Positions 38,161 through 50,524 of a stretch of 64,000 nucleotides of DNA are shown here, piece by piece. The stretch is from contig NC_043005.1 in the NCBI RefSeq assembly GCF_006345805.1, positions 84,940,001-85,004,000 of the forward strand, written 5' to 3'. The DNA comes from Octopus sinensis. Its lineage: Eukaryota. Each line of letters opens with the position of its first letter. Positions within the stretch are counted from its first letter, which is position 1. The notes beneath the pieces are model-generated. The model did not search any database. It was not told the origin of the DNA and worked only from the letters and a program-made list of their open reading frames with translations. The position numbers were made by a program, and so were the translations under genes.

Positions 38161-39123
38161 ATAACAAATTTATTAGCAGTAAAGGGAAAGATATAAGGTG
38201 TTAAGAATGTTTGTATGCAGAAATATGTATGAGAAACCCATTCACATGATGTATGGTTCATACATACATACATGCATGCATATTATATATATAAGAAATA
38301 ATTCTTTTTTCAGAATCAGGTCTCAAAGCACACACATGCTATAAATAATACCATGTAAATATTGGGATGCAAAAACCCTTTGCAAAACCCTGGGGTTGAA
38401 TACCCTAATATTTACATACTGTAATTTATAGCGTTTATGTGGAGTTAAATATCAACAACATCTGATAGTGAGAGGACACAGGTTTATGTTGAACCTGTGG
38501 TTAAACAGACGCACACTAACCTTTCAAAATGTGTTACCTCAATTGAAAACACAAACAGACCAAGTTCACAGAATTACAGACTTAATATTTAGTATTCAGC
38601 ATATTTCTTATTGAAATCTTGGAGGAGTGGACTCAGTGTCTTGACCCAATCAGCTTTGTTTTAATCTTCACTTTGATCTGAGGTTGAAACTTAACAGGTT
38701 TTGAATTTGGCTTCCGTCATCACTGAATTCACAACCTTTTTTTTTTTGACCCAATAAGAAAGAAACTGAAAGTAAATCTTAACAAAATAATTTACATTGA
38801 ATTGTCCAATAAAGAGCTGTCGATGTAGAAATATTTCTTTCTTCCTTATTTTGTCTGAGTTTCATATTGAAAGGAGTCAAATTTAAAATGGAAAAAACTT
38901 GCAAAAGATTTCTTATGATATTTTTTTAAAAGAAAAAATTATATGTGTATGTGTTCGTCTGTGTGTGTGTGTGTTTATGTGTGTTTGTGTGTGCGTATGT
39001 TTGTGTGTGTGTTTGTGTGTGTGTATGTTTATGTGTGTGTATGTTTATGTGTGTGTGTGTGTTTGTGTACATATAGGCAAATAAGTTTCTTATTGTGAAA
39101 TGGCAATAATAATAGCAAGATTA

Positions 39124-39194
<71 letters not shown>

Positions 39195-39407
39195 CGATAA
39201 TAATAATAATAACAATAATAATTATTTCAAATTTTTGCCACAAGGGCAGCTTGGGGGTAGGGGAGTAAGTCGATTATATCAACTCCAGTGGTATTTATTT
39301 AATCAGCCCCGAAAGGATGGAGGGCAATTTGAACTCAGAATGTAGCGGCAGACAAAATACTGTAAAGCATTTCGCCTGGATCGCTAATGATTCTGCCAAC
39401 TTGCCTT

Positions 39408-39450
<43 letters not shown>

Positions 39451-39589
39451 TAATAATAATAATAATAATAATCATAATGATGATTTCATTTATTTGCCAC
39501 AAGAGTGAAAGATGAGGGGGACAATACAGAAACAGACAAAGTGTTGGGGTTTACATATAATAATGAAAGAGGTGACGTATTCATAGCAA

Positions 39590-39960
39590 TAATAATAATA
39601 ATAACAATAATAGACAACAAGAAGAGCTTGATGCGATTTGTAATGGATTGTTTTTCTAAAAGTTTGAACAATATTTCAAGAAATTTTCTGTCTTCTTCAG
39701 GTCCAAAACTTAAAGTGAAAAAAACCTGCAGAAATACAGAAATTCTAAACATAAACGAAGAGGGAACTGTCAGAATTTATAAACAGTCCAGTTGTTATTG
39801 TTTATCTTTTTTATAAATTAATAATAATGATAAACTTTTCTACTCTTGGCACAAGGCCTGAAATTTTTTGAGTGGGGATGGGGCAGTCGCTTAAACTGAT
39901 CCCAGTATGCAACTGGTACTTAATTTTTTGAACCCGAAAGGATGAAAGGCAAAGTTAATC
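39590..39960. repeat. Local duplication, copy 1 (copy 2 at 43680-44040)
   Basis: Near-identical unique-looking segment plus adjoining SINE C. Confidence 0.9.
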
Positions 39961-40067
39961 TCGGCAGAATTTGAACTCAGAACATAAAGCTGGAAGAAAA
40001 ACTGCTAAGAATTTAACCTGGCATGCTAATGATTCGGCCAGCTTGTAACCTTGATAATAATAATAAT

Positions 40068-40310
40068 GATCATCATCATCAGCAGCATCATCATCATCGT
40101 CGTTTAACATATGCTTTCCATGCTGGCATGGGTTGGACGGTTTGACTTAGGACTGGGGAGCCAGAGGCTGCACCAGGCTCAATCTGATTTGGCAAAGTTT
40201 CTACAGCAAGATGCCCTTCCTAACGCTAACCACTCTGAGAGTGTAGTGGGTGCTTTTATGTGCCACCAACACGAGGACTAGTCAGGCGGTTCTGGCAACG
40301 ACAATGCTCA
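40068..40310 (-). mobile_element. RTE 3'-tail copy
   Basis: Tail motif, reverse. Confidence 0.9.
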
Positions 40311-40312
40311 AA

Positions 40313-40344
<32 letters not shown>

Positions 40345-41326
40345 TAATAATAATAATACGATGTCAGTATCGACAAAACAAAGGAGTCAAATACTGTACT
40401 GTTGTCAACTTTTTTTTATATGTTTTTTGTCTTTCACAGCTGGTCCACAATAACTTTGCGCAGTTTTTGGAGTTCATAAAGGCCTCCATTTATCATTTTT
40501 GCCCTATAAGTACTAATTAAAGAATGAATTTGAAAGACAACTTTCAGACAAACCATCATAGATAATATTTCTTGCTTTGAGAATACCGAATATACTTGAG
40601 GTTACGTTGTAAACATTTACTTGCTTTGCGCTGAACACAAATGTGGATTCTATCTGGGAACTGGAAATGATAAACAAGTAACAAAAGCCACAGAATCTCC
40701 ATCAGCAAATCACGAGTTTTCTTTCTCTCGTTGCCTTTTCATGCATCATTCACATTGTCAGTAAAATGGTCGCTTGCTGAGGTATCTATTCTTTGACTTT
40801 CTTCTCAACAAACAATGTGTTTTTATTCTTCACTTGCACTCGACTGCCTTTGATCTAATTTTGTTCAACCCATATATAATAACAACCATGTTCCTTATTA
40901 GTAGAGATATGGACCAATTTTCTGCGGGGAAATACTTTACATTGGTACGTAGAGAATAAAAGTGGAAATGTGACTGATTAGGAAGAAAAAGAACAAAAAC
41001 ATACCAATGTACCATCCACTCTCCATCAACGTTCACACAAAGACGTGCATGTACCGATGTTCATTGCTGTTTGTTAGTAAGTAAAATGTATACAAGTGAA
41101 ATAGTAATGAAGGTGTTTTTTTGAAAGGAATTAAAGCATGCAACACACGTAGAGGAATCTATTTACTGGAAAATTCAAAATGGAGTAAATATTATTGTGC
41201 ATGGAGCTTGAATCAGTTGCATGACGAAGAAATTGTGTGCGCATGTATGTTGTTATCTAATCTTAAAGAGAGCATGCATGTCTTTGTGCGTGAGTGGGTG
41301 CATATATGTGTGTATGTGTGTGTGTG

Positions 41327-41378
<52 letters not shown>

Positions 41379-41422
41379 CATACACATACATACATACATA
41401 TATATATGTATGTATGTATATA

Positions 41423-41724
41423 TGTGGAGGCGCAATGGCTCAGTGGTTAGAGCAGCAGACTCACAGTTGTAGGATTGCAGTTTCGATTACCAGACCAGGC
41501 ATTGTGAGTGTTCATTGAAAATACCTAAAGTTCCACAACGCTCTGGCAGGGGGTAGTGGTGATCCCTGCTGTACTCTTTCGCCACAGCCTTTTCTCACTC
41601 TTTCTTCTGTTGGCCTGCTTGCTTCGCCAGCAGGGTGGTGTCATTTGAAGGCTAAAACAATGCGAAGCGCTTTGTGAGCAACGATGTGTAGCAACATCTG
41701 ATAGCCTGGTCGGTCACGGTCACG

Positions 41725-41727
<3 letters not shown>
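41423..41727 (+). mobile_element. tRNA-derived SINE family D (different 3' body)
   Basis: gtggaggcgcaatggctcagtggttagagcagcagactc head. Confidence 0.85.
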
Positions 41728-41756
<29 letters not shown>

Positions 41757-41760
<4 letters not shown>

Positions 41761-42400
41761 GAATTTGCAAAAAAATCAAAAGATGAAGACGGCTGTGTAA
41801 ACAACAAACATGTGTTAGTTTAATGCTTGGGAAGTGAGAAATTCTTTTATGTTTCGAGCCTACGCTCTTCGACAGGAAGGAACACGGAAATAAACAGGGA
41901 GAGAAAATAGAAAAAGTTTTAGTGGCTAGTGATCTATTATGGTGAATGCCAGACAGAGGGATCACACAGGAAAGCTTGGAAGAAGGGGAGATAATAAAGT
42001 AATAATAAAGTAGTACTGATCCCAAAATGAAGGTGTGTGTGCATGTGTGCACGTGTAGGTGCTGGGAAGTGGTCAGTGCTAGTGTGTGCGGGGTGGTGTG
42101 ATGTGGTGTGGTGTGGTGGTGTTGGGGTGTGGGTAGGTCCGAGTGGGGGAAACCAAGAGTGGGGATAGGGGTGGGAATATATATATTGTTGATCCAAACA
42201 TGAAAACACAGAGAAAACACAACGCAAGGACGTGGAACAAGTACAGTATTATTGGACGTTCAGGAGGTTTAGAAGAAGGAGGGTTTAACGTTTTGAGTGG
42301 AGCTCTTCATCAGAAACATAGGAAAACAAAAGATCCAAAGAAGGGAAGACAGAGAAAAAAAATCGCCAATGGTACACACGCTGTCACATTTTGAATATAT
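41757..42400 (-). mobile_element. Penelope-like non-autonomous remnants (families P2 and P3) with HHR-like motifs
   Basis: Motifs at 41842-41880 and 42283-42317; P2 homologous (inverted) to 44880-45085. Confidence 0.55.
42283..42317 (-). ncRNA. Minimal hammerhead motif, G12-to-A mutant
   Basis: GUUU-CUGAUGA-A-GAG(CUCCA)CUC-AAAAC-GUU-AAAC. Confidence 0.45.
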
Positions 42401-42413
42401 ATATATACATATA

Positions 42414-43007
42414 TATATATACGAAAGAAGGTTTGAAAATGCAATTTAAAAGATGTTTATTTACTTTACCGGTTTCACTCTTTGGAAAAAGATTGTCAAA
42501 AGTAACATGAAGAAGTTTGGTTGCGTTAATTATTGGTTGTTACAAATTGCTACATTACATATATACAGTCTTTGGTAACAGGGACATGTTAAGGACATAA
42601 AAAAGTTCAACAAGTTCCTTAAAATATTGGGCACAAAAGATTACATAAATAATCGTTCTCAAGGACATACGTAAGATAGTTTCCAGAAGGAATTGATATT
42701 GGTATTGTATCTGTATATTCAATACCAATATCAATTCCTTCTGGAAACTATCTTAAGTATGTCCTTGAGAACGATTATTTAATCTTTTGTGCCCAATATT
42801 TTAAGGAACTTGTTGAACTTTTTTATGTCCTTAACATGTCCCTGTTACCAAAGACTATATATATGTAATGTAGCAATTTGCAACAACCAATAATTAATGC
42901 AAACAAACTTCTACATGTTACTTTTGACAATCTTTTTACAAAGAGTGAAACCGGTAAAGTAAATAAATATCTTTTAAATTGCATTTTCAAACCTTCTTTT
43001 GTATATA
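42414..43007. repeat. ~294-bp-arm near-perfect palindrome, 12-nt loop
   Basis: 42414-42707 pairs with 42720-43007; loop tatctgtatatt. Confidence 0.95.
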
Positions 43008-43043
43008 ATTCCACTCGTGCGGTACCCCACAACTCCACTTTGT

Positions 43044-43075
<32 letters not shown>

Positions 43076-43339
43076 AGATCCTTTATCTTTTACTTGTTTC
43101 AGTCATTAGACTGCGGCCATGCTGGGGGACCACCTTGAAGAATTTTATTCAAATGAATTGATCCTTGCACTTGTTTATTTTTTAAAGATTGTTTGTTTTT
43201 TTATATGAATAAATGTACTATATACACTTATAAGTATAGGTATGCATAAAAACATATATACATGCTGTTCTATCAGTATTTAAGCATTGAAATCCATATT
43301 TTTCTAATTGCGATATATATATATATATATATGTATGTA

Positions 43340-43600
43340 AGTATATAAATTAGTGTACATTTAAACACAAAGAGGCGAGCCTTAACAGGTCGTCTTACAT
43401 ACTAGAAAGAACAGTCAAAAAGTCCAAACCACAGTTCAGAGCAATTTCGAAGGGAATGAAAAATAAAAACATTTACCATGTTTTACAGCTGGACCTTACG
43501 TTTCGAACTTCAGTTAGCAAATAAAATAATTTGCAAGGTGAAGTTCTCATCAGCAGATATGCCAAAACATTAACATATAAATTAGAGACCAAATAACGCG
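43340..43600 (-). mobile_element. HHR-bearing element P4, copy 1
   Basis: Inverted copy of 44172-44415. Confidence 0.7.
43490..43560 (-). ncRNA. Hammerhead core with long helix II
   Basis: CUGAUGA-GAACUUC...GAAGUUC-GAAAC-GUA; helix I weak. Confidence 0.5.
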
Positions 43601-43629
43601 TGTCTCATCCTTATATATTATAAGTTTTC

Positions 43630-43685
<56 letters not shown>

Positions 43686-44107
43686 TAATAACAATAATAG
43701 ACAACAAGGAGAGTTTGATGTGATTTGTAATGGATTGTCTTTCTAAAAGTTTGAACAATATTTCAAGAAATTGTCTGTCTTCTTCAGGTCCAAAACTTAA
43801 AGTGAAAAAAACCTGCAGAAATACAGAAATTCTAAACATAAACGAAGAGGGAACTGTCAAATTTCTAAACAGTCCAGTTGTTATTGTTTATCCTTTTTAT
43901 AAATCAATAACAATGATAAACTTTTCTACTCTTGGCACAAGGCCTGAAATTTTTGGAGAAGGGGTGAGGCAGGCGCTTAGACTGACCACAGTACGCAACT
44001 GGTACTTAATTTTTCGACCCCGAAAGAATGAAAGGCAAAGTGCAGTTTCAATCAACAGCAAATAAAAATTCCGATTAAACTTCAGAAATTGCTAAAATCA
44101 TTTTTTT

Positions 44108-44497
44108 AAATTAATATAGGGCAGGAAAAATTATAGAAATTTTTATCTACTATTGGCCTAGCATGTATACAATTTATATGTTAATGTTTTGGCATACCCG
44201 CTGATGAGAAGTTCGCCTTGCAAATTATTTTATTTGTTAATTGAAGTTCGAAACATAAGGTCCGGCTGTAAAACATGGTAAATGTTTTTATTATTTAATC
44301 CCTTTGAAATTGCTCTGAACTGTGGTTTGGACATTTTGACTATTCTTTCTAGTATGTTAGGCAACCTGTTAAGGCTCGCCTCTTTGTGTTTAAATGTACA
44401 CTAATTTTTATATGCAAAAATATGTCTATTGACTTTGTATACATGCTAGGCAACTGGTAGAAAAAAATTCTATAGTTTTTCCTACCCTATATTAATT
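44108..44497 (+). mobile_element. HHR-bearing element P4, copy 2, flanked by ~60-bp inverted arms
   Basis: Arms 44108-44172 and 44436-44497; core CTGATGAgaagttc..gaagttcGAAACata at 44201-44257. Confidence 0.65.
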
Positions 44498-44519
44498 TAT
44501 AAATATATATATATGTATA

Positions 44520-45085
44520 TATATATCATATCCTATCCTATCCTACACTCCCTCCCACACATACCCCACTTCTACCCCCATCCTCTGCCTACCCACAAAC
44601 CCAACTCTACCCCAACCCCCAGCTGAACCCACACCCCACCCGTGCTTTCCCCACTCTCGACTCCCCCACCTCCCCACAACATCACACCACATCACACTAC
44701 ACCATACAACATTACACATCACATCACAACACACCACCCATACACCCATCCCCACATCTTCACACCTACACATACATACATGCACACGTCCAGACCACCA
44801 GCCCTCTTTCACACGCACATACATACTCTCTTATACATACACGCACCCTTGTGTTGGGGGCACCTTTGTGTTTGACCCTTCTGTCCGGCACTAGTCGCCA
44901 TGATAGATCGTTAGCCACTACACACATTTTTTTCTCTCCTTGTTTTTTCTGTGTCCCTTTCTGTAGAAGAGCGTAGGCTCGAAATGTAAAAAACTTTTTC
45001 TATTCGTGAGCATTATACTAATACATCTGTTTGTTTTGTACACCACCTGTCATCGTCTTTTGTTTTTTCGTAAACTCTCCCTATA
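44520..45085 (+). mobile_element. Family P2 copy with variant HHR core
   Basis: CTGTAGA-A-GAGC(GTAG)GCTC-GAAATGTA at 44961-44988. Confidence 0.5.
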
Positions 45086-45092
45086 TATATAT

Positions 45093-45290
45093 ACTAGCAG
45101 TATTGCTCGGCATTGTTCGGGTTTGTTTTCTTTTCGACCCTCTAGAATTGGAAGTTTTGAAAAGTAAAAATTTTGCATTATGTAGCTTATTATTCTCTTT
45201 AAGTGAAAAATTTTCTGGTTGAAATACACCGAAAAATGGTGACACAGCAGTCAAAAAATCGTAATAAATACATGCATAGAATGGCAAGAG
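45093..45290 (+). mobile_element. HINE-like element, 5' part
   Basis: actagcagtattgctcggcattgttcgggtttg terminus. Confidence 0.55.
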
Positions 45291-45898
45291 TTGGCAGGGC
45301 CTGGAACCACACAACGTTCAATTGTCCGTTTTGGTATGGTCTTTATGGCTGGATGTCCTTCCTAATACCAACCATTTTACAGAGTGTGCAGGATGCCTTA
45401 TTTTGCGGTATCAGGAACAGTGCTTTTTATTTATAAAATTTATAAATATACATACGTATAACAAAACACATAATACATAAATATGCAAATACATGCATAT
45501 ACATACATACATACATACATACACATGTATAAGTATATGTATAACCATACATGTGCATGTCTATATATGGTATATACACATATGTGTATCTGCAAGCATG
45601 TGTTTGGAGACTTGGTATGTTTGTGCATGTGTGTATGTGTGTGTATACACACACAGATACACACATGCACAATTACACATGCACACACACACATACTTGG
45701 AAACAGATGCATCATGTTCAATAAATAATAAATAATAGATAATATATATATATTTGCATTATTTATATGTATATATATATATATTATATTATATATATAT
45801 GTATATATATGTATATATATATATATATATATTATTATATATATATATTAAATGATAAATGAAGGATTGGATTGTATGCACATATACTTTCACATGCA

Positions 45899-45949
<51 letters not shown>

Positions 45950-46208
45950 AGGTATAAAACATATTGATGTCAGATGTCTTACTTGCAGAGTGAGAATGCA
46001 AGTAAGGTATTTCACATCAATAAATAGTAAAATATAATCTTTCTAACTTGATCTAAATATTCTCTTTCTTTATCTGTGTCAACCTGTCGCATATGTTCTC
46101 AATTTTTGCCTCCTCACTCGACCTGTATACCTACATAACTACCTGCTTACGTACATACAACATACATATGTACGTATGTACCTACACACATACATGCATA
46201 CATGCATT

Positions 46209-46839
46209 CAGGCGAAGTTTCGTTTGTCGTAGCACACGTTTCCGTCGATTTCTGTAAAAAACTTTTATTTTTTTACATATGGCTTTGCGGGAATATTTGA
46301 AGTAATGAGAGCGAAAGAGACTAAGAGGAAGCGATTTTATGACGAGGGAATTTCTTTTTGAAGTCCCCGTGTGTGTGTTTGATGGGGTGTGGGAGACAGA
46401 CAGTATGTTGTGTAAGTGAAGTGCTTCTGTTAGTGTGTGCGAAGAGACTGAGAGAGTAATGTGTGAAAGAGAGAGATAACTGAAATTTTTTACTCGGTGT
46501 ATGTGTATATGTATGTGTGTGTGTGTATGTATCTATGTATGTGTGTGTGTATGTAGATGTGTGTGTGTGTGTAAGTATGTGTGTGTGTATGTATGTATGT
46601 ATGGCCGATTCCGTGTAATTTTTTACTCGGTGTATGTGTATATGTATGTATGTCTGCATGTATGTGTGTGTGTGTATGTATCTATGTATGTGTGTGTATG
46701 TATGTGTGTGTGTATGTATGTGTGTATGTATGTATGTATGTATGTATGGCCGATTCAGTGTGTACATTTTTTACGGAAATCGACAATCGACGGAGGAAAT
46801 CGACGGAAACGTGTGCTACGACAAACGAAACTTCGCCTG
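46209..46839. mobile_element. Non-autonomous TIR element with 4-bp TSD
   Basis: catt|caggcgaagtttcgtttgtcgtagcacacgtttccgtcgatttc ... gaaatcgacggaaacgtgtgctacgacaaacgaaacttcgcctg|catt. Confidence 0.8.
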
Positions 46840-46943
46840 CATTCATGTGTCTTTGTGTGTGTGTATGTATGTGTGTGTGTTGATACTTTGCATGTGTATG
46901 TATGAGTTTTATGTAGAGATCACTCTCTTTATGTGGTACCAGC

Positions 46944-47295
46944 AGGAGTGGCTGTGTGGTATGTAACTTGCTTATCAACCACATGGTTCTGGGTTCAATC
47001 CCACTGCATGGCACCTTGGGCAAGTGTCTTCTACTATAGCCTTGGGCTGACCAAAACCTTGTGAGTGGATTTGGTGGACAGAATCTGAAAGAAGCCCGTT
47101 GTGTATATGTATATATGTATGTATTTGTGTCTGTGTTCGTCCCCCTACCATCGCTTGACAACTGATGTTGGTGTGTTTACATCCCCATAAATTAATGGTT
47201 TGGCAAAACACAACGACAGAAAAATACTAGGCTTACAAAGAATAAATCCTGGGGTTGATTTGTTCAACTAAAGGCATTGCTCGAACATGGCCACA
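46944..47295 (+). mobile_element. CORE-like SINE family B
   Basis: Full motif. Confidence 0.9.
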
Positions 47296-47299
47296 GACT

Positions 47300-48097
47300 T
47301 GTCTGATTGTCACCTGTGCCGGTGGCATGTGAAGAGCACCATTCAAGCATTGGACTTCATGGAGTCAGTGACAGGTGACCAACACCTTTGGCGATATGCA
47401 ATGCTTGTGTTCACCTGTGAAGCCAGGTGAAACTATAGTCAGGGCTGATGTCAGTATCAGGTCAATGACACCCGTGCAGGTGGCACATAAAATGCAGTCA
47501 CTATATGCTTGGAATGGTTGGCATTAGGAAGGGTATCCAGCTGTAGAAACCTTGCTAGATCAGATAGGAAACTAGAGCAGCCCCACATGTCAACCAGTTT
47601 TCAATCAAACCATTCATCCCATGCCAGCATAGAAAACGGATGTTAAATGATGATGATGAAGATGATGATGATGATGATGATATATTGTATTGATATTTAG
47701 CAAAAGCAACAGATTGACTCATGCTCTGAGAGTTTTGTGTACTGGCGGTTGCCTTACTAGCACATGTGCCAGTGGCACATGAAAAACAACATTCAAACAT
47801 GGTCGTTGCCAGTGCCGCCAGACTGGCTCCCGTGCAGGTGGCATGTAAAAAACACCTTTTGAGCATGGTTGTTGCCAGATACGCCTGACTGGCTCTCATG
47901 CCGGCGGCCCGTAAAAGCACCCACTACACTCTCGTAGTGGTTGGCAATAGGAAGGGCATCAAGCGGTTGGAACTTTGCCAGATCAGATTGGAACCTGGTG
48001 CAGCCTTCTGGCTCACCAGTCCTCAGTCAAACTGTCCAACCCATACCAGCATGGAAAGCAGACGTTAAAAGACGACAACGACGACGATGATGATGAT
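47300..48097 (+). mobile_element. Two RTE 3'-tail copies
   Basis: Tails end at about 47680 and 48097. Confidence 0.85.
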
Positions 48098-48148
48098 ATA
48101 TATATGTATATTCTCTTGTTAACCTGTTATTTTATTTATGGGTTTCAG

Positions 48149-48188
48149 AATAACGGCTACGCCCATGCTGTGGCACAGCCAACTGCAA
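48149..48188 (+). CDS. Candidate exon (NNGYAHAVAQPTA)
   Basis: ttatgggtttcag| acceptor, CAA|gtattt donor; may instead be SINE body. Confidence 0.15.
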
Positions 48189-48259
48189 GTATTTGCCTGC
48201 TAATAAAACAGGCAACCGCAAGTCTGCTGCCTTAACCACTGAGCCATTGTGCCTCCACG

Positions 48260-48291
<32 letters not shown>

Positions 48292-48676
48292 TATATAGAC
48301 ATGCATACACATTTCATAGATCACAATTATTTGCTAACACAGATCCACATTAAATCTATACCCATCAATACATATATAACTCAACACACATCATATTATA
48401 TATTAACATTAACTTACAAAAACATGTGCACACACACACACACACACACATGTACACTCACACATATGCAAAACACTTGTATCTAATCATGCACATTAAC
48501 AGGTATCTCTTCCTCTCTCTCTCTCTCTGCCTCTCCACATGTGTGTGTGTGTGTGTGCGTGTGCGAGTGCCTGTAGCTGAAAAGCCAAATCTTGTTGCAA
48601 TTTGATGCAAATATGTTATGCAATGGATGACCTAAACAGTATTGTAAATAATACCTGTCTTTAATTAGATAAAGGT

Positions 48677-49132
48677 CTAACCCTTTTGATACCAACTCTG
48701 GCTCTGAGTACAAATGTCTTGTTTTCAAAAGTTTACAAAATCTTCCACCAAACCTTAGTCACAATTCATGTTCCTAACACTAGCTTAATGATAACTATGT
48801 TATTTTATTAAATTCTTTGTTATATTTAAAATTCATTGAAAGAAACACAGAGCATCTCAACGGAAATATGGTATCAAAAGGGTTAAAGTCACCATGATAT
48901 TTTTAACCATTTCAATACCAACCTGGCCAAAACTGCTTCTGGATCTGTAGTGCAAATGTCTTGTATTCATAGGTTTCATATTAAAATCTTCCACCAAATA
49001 TTAGTCAAAATTTATGTTCCTAACACTAGCTGAATGATAACTAAGTTATTTTACTAAATTCTTTGTTATATTTGAAATAAATTGAAAGAAACACAAAGTA
49101 TCTCAAAATAAATATGGTAACGAAAGGGTTAA
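48677..49132 (+). mobile_element. piggyBac-like MITE, tandem dimer
   Basis: ctaacccttt..aaagggttaa-agtcaccatgatat-ttaacc..aaagggttaa. Confidence 0.8.
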
Positions 49133-49392
49133 GAGGTATTAAATACTGAAATTAGTTAGGATAAGAATATTAGTTTCAAATTTTGGCACAAGGCCAGCAA
49201 TTTCATGGGTTGAGGTATGTTGATAACATCGACCCCAGTACTCAACTGGTACTTATTTTTTCAACCCCCGAAAAGCTGAAAGGCAATGTTGACCTTGGCA
49301 GAATTTGAATTTAGGACATAAAAATGAAATGGTGAAAAGGATTCTGCTCGCTCACTGCCTTTATAATGAAAAGAATATTGAAACTTAGTTTA

Positions 49393-49578
49393 CAGTTCTA
49401 TATTAAAGAGATGAGGAATTATGCACATTACTTACTTTATTTACATTTGATGGATATTTGTCCTCATCTTGTTTGTTGTTAACACAACATTTCGGCTGAT
49501 GTACTTTCCAGCCTTCATCAGGTGTCTTGGAGAAATTTCAAACCTGGGTTCTCATTCCTAAGGTATTTTTCAATGTTA

Positions 49579-49616
<38 letters not shown>

Positions 49617-49630
49617 GTTATTATTCAGTT
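49393..49630 (-). mobile_element. Family P1 (HHR-SINE) copy
   Basis: Homologous to 28861-29045. Confidence 0.75.
49481..49528 (-). ncRNA. Minimal hammerhead motif, best-preserved P1 copy
   Basis: GACAC-CUGAUGA-A-GGCUG(GAAAGUACAU)CAGCC-GAAAU-GUU-GUGUU. Confidence 0.6.
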
Positions 49631-49720
49631 AATTGAAATCACTGGAGAACTATATGTACATATGCACACACACATGTTAGGTATATATGTGCATGTATAA
49701 GCATATATGTATGTGCGTAT

Positions 49721-49751
<31 letters not shown>

Positions 49752-50101
49752 CACACACACACATATATATACACACACACATATATATATATATATACAC
49801 ACACACACATATATATATTTATATATATTTACCTGACAGGCTTCTTTCAGTTTCCATCTACCAAATGCTCTCACAAGGCTTTGGTTGGCCCGAGGCTATA
49901 GCAGAAGACACTTGCTGCTGGTGCCATGAAGTGAGACTGAACTGGGAACCATGTGGCTGGGAAGCAAACTTCTTACCACACAGCCACACCTGTGCCTATA
50001 TACATGCATACATGTATACATACATACATAAAACATACATACATACATACATACATACATACATACATACATACACATATATCTATATATCTATATTTAT
50101 A

Positions 50102-50149
<48 letters not shown>

Positions 50150-50439
50150 TAATATATACACACACACAACACATCCAGACACACATACACATACACATGC
50201 ACATATTTATGTGTGTGTATGTATTTTTATGCATCTATATATGCATATTTGTGTCTGTTAGTGTGTTGATATTTATATATAAATATTACACATATAATAT
50301 CCGTAGATACATAATTACTATTTTTGCAGATATACATAGTTCACATATGAAGTCGTCATTTACAGATATATATCTGTACATAAACATATATCTATGAATA
50401 CACACACATATATATAGATATATATATATATGTACTTAC

Positions 50440-50470
<31 letters not shown>

Positions 50471-50491
50471 CATATATATAAATTAAATTAG

Positions 50492-50524
<33 letters not shown>

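Noticed and set aside
40440-41166. Cluster of strong splice-like signals on both strands (e.g. minus 40621-40660 and 41005-41066; plus 40440-40509 and 40905-40943)
   Set aside because: Mutually incompatible chains can be built on either strand and none gives a recognisable protein; may be a lncRNA or real exons but cannot be called from sequence alone
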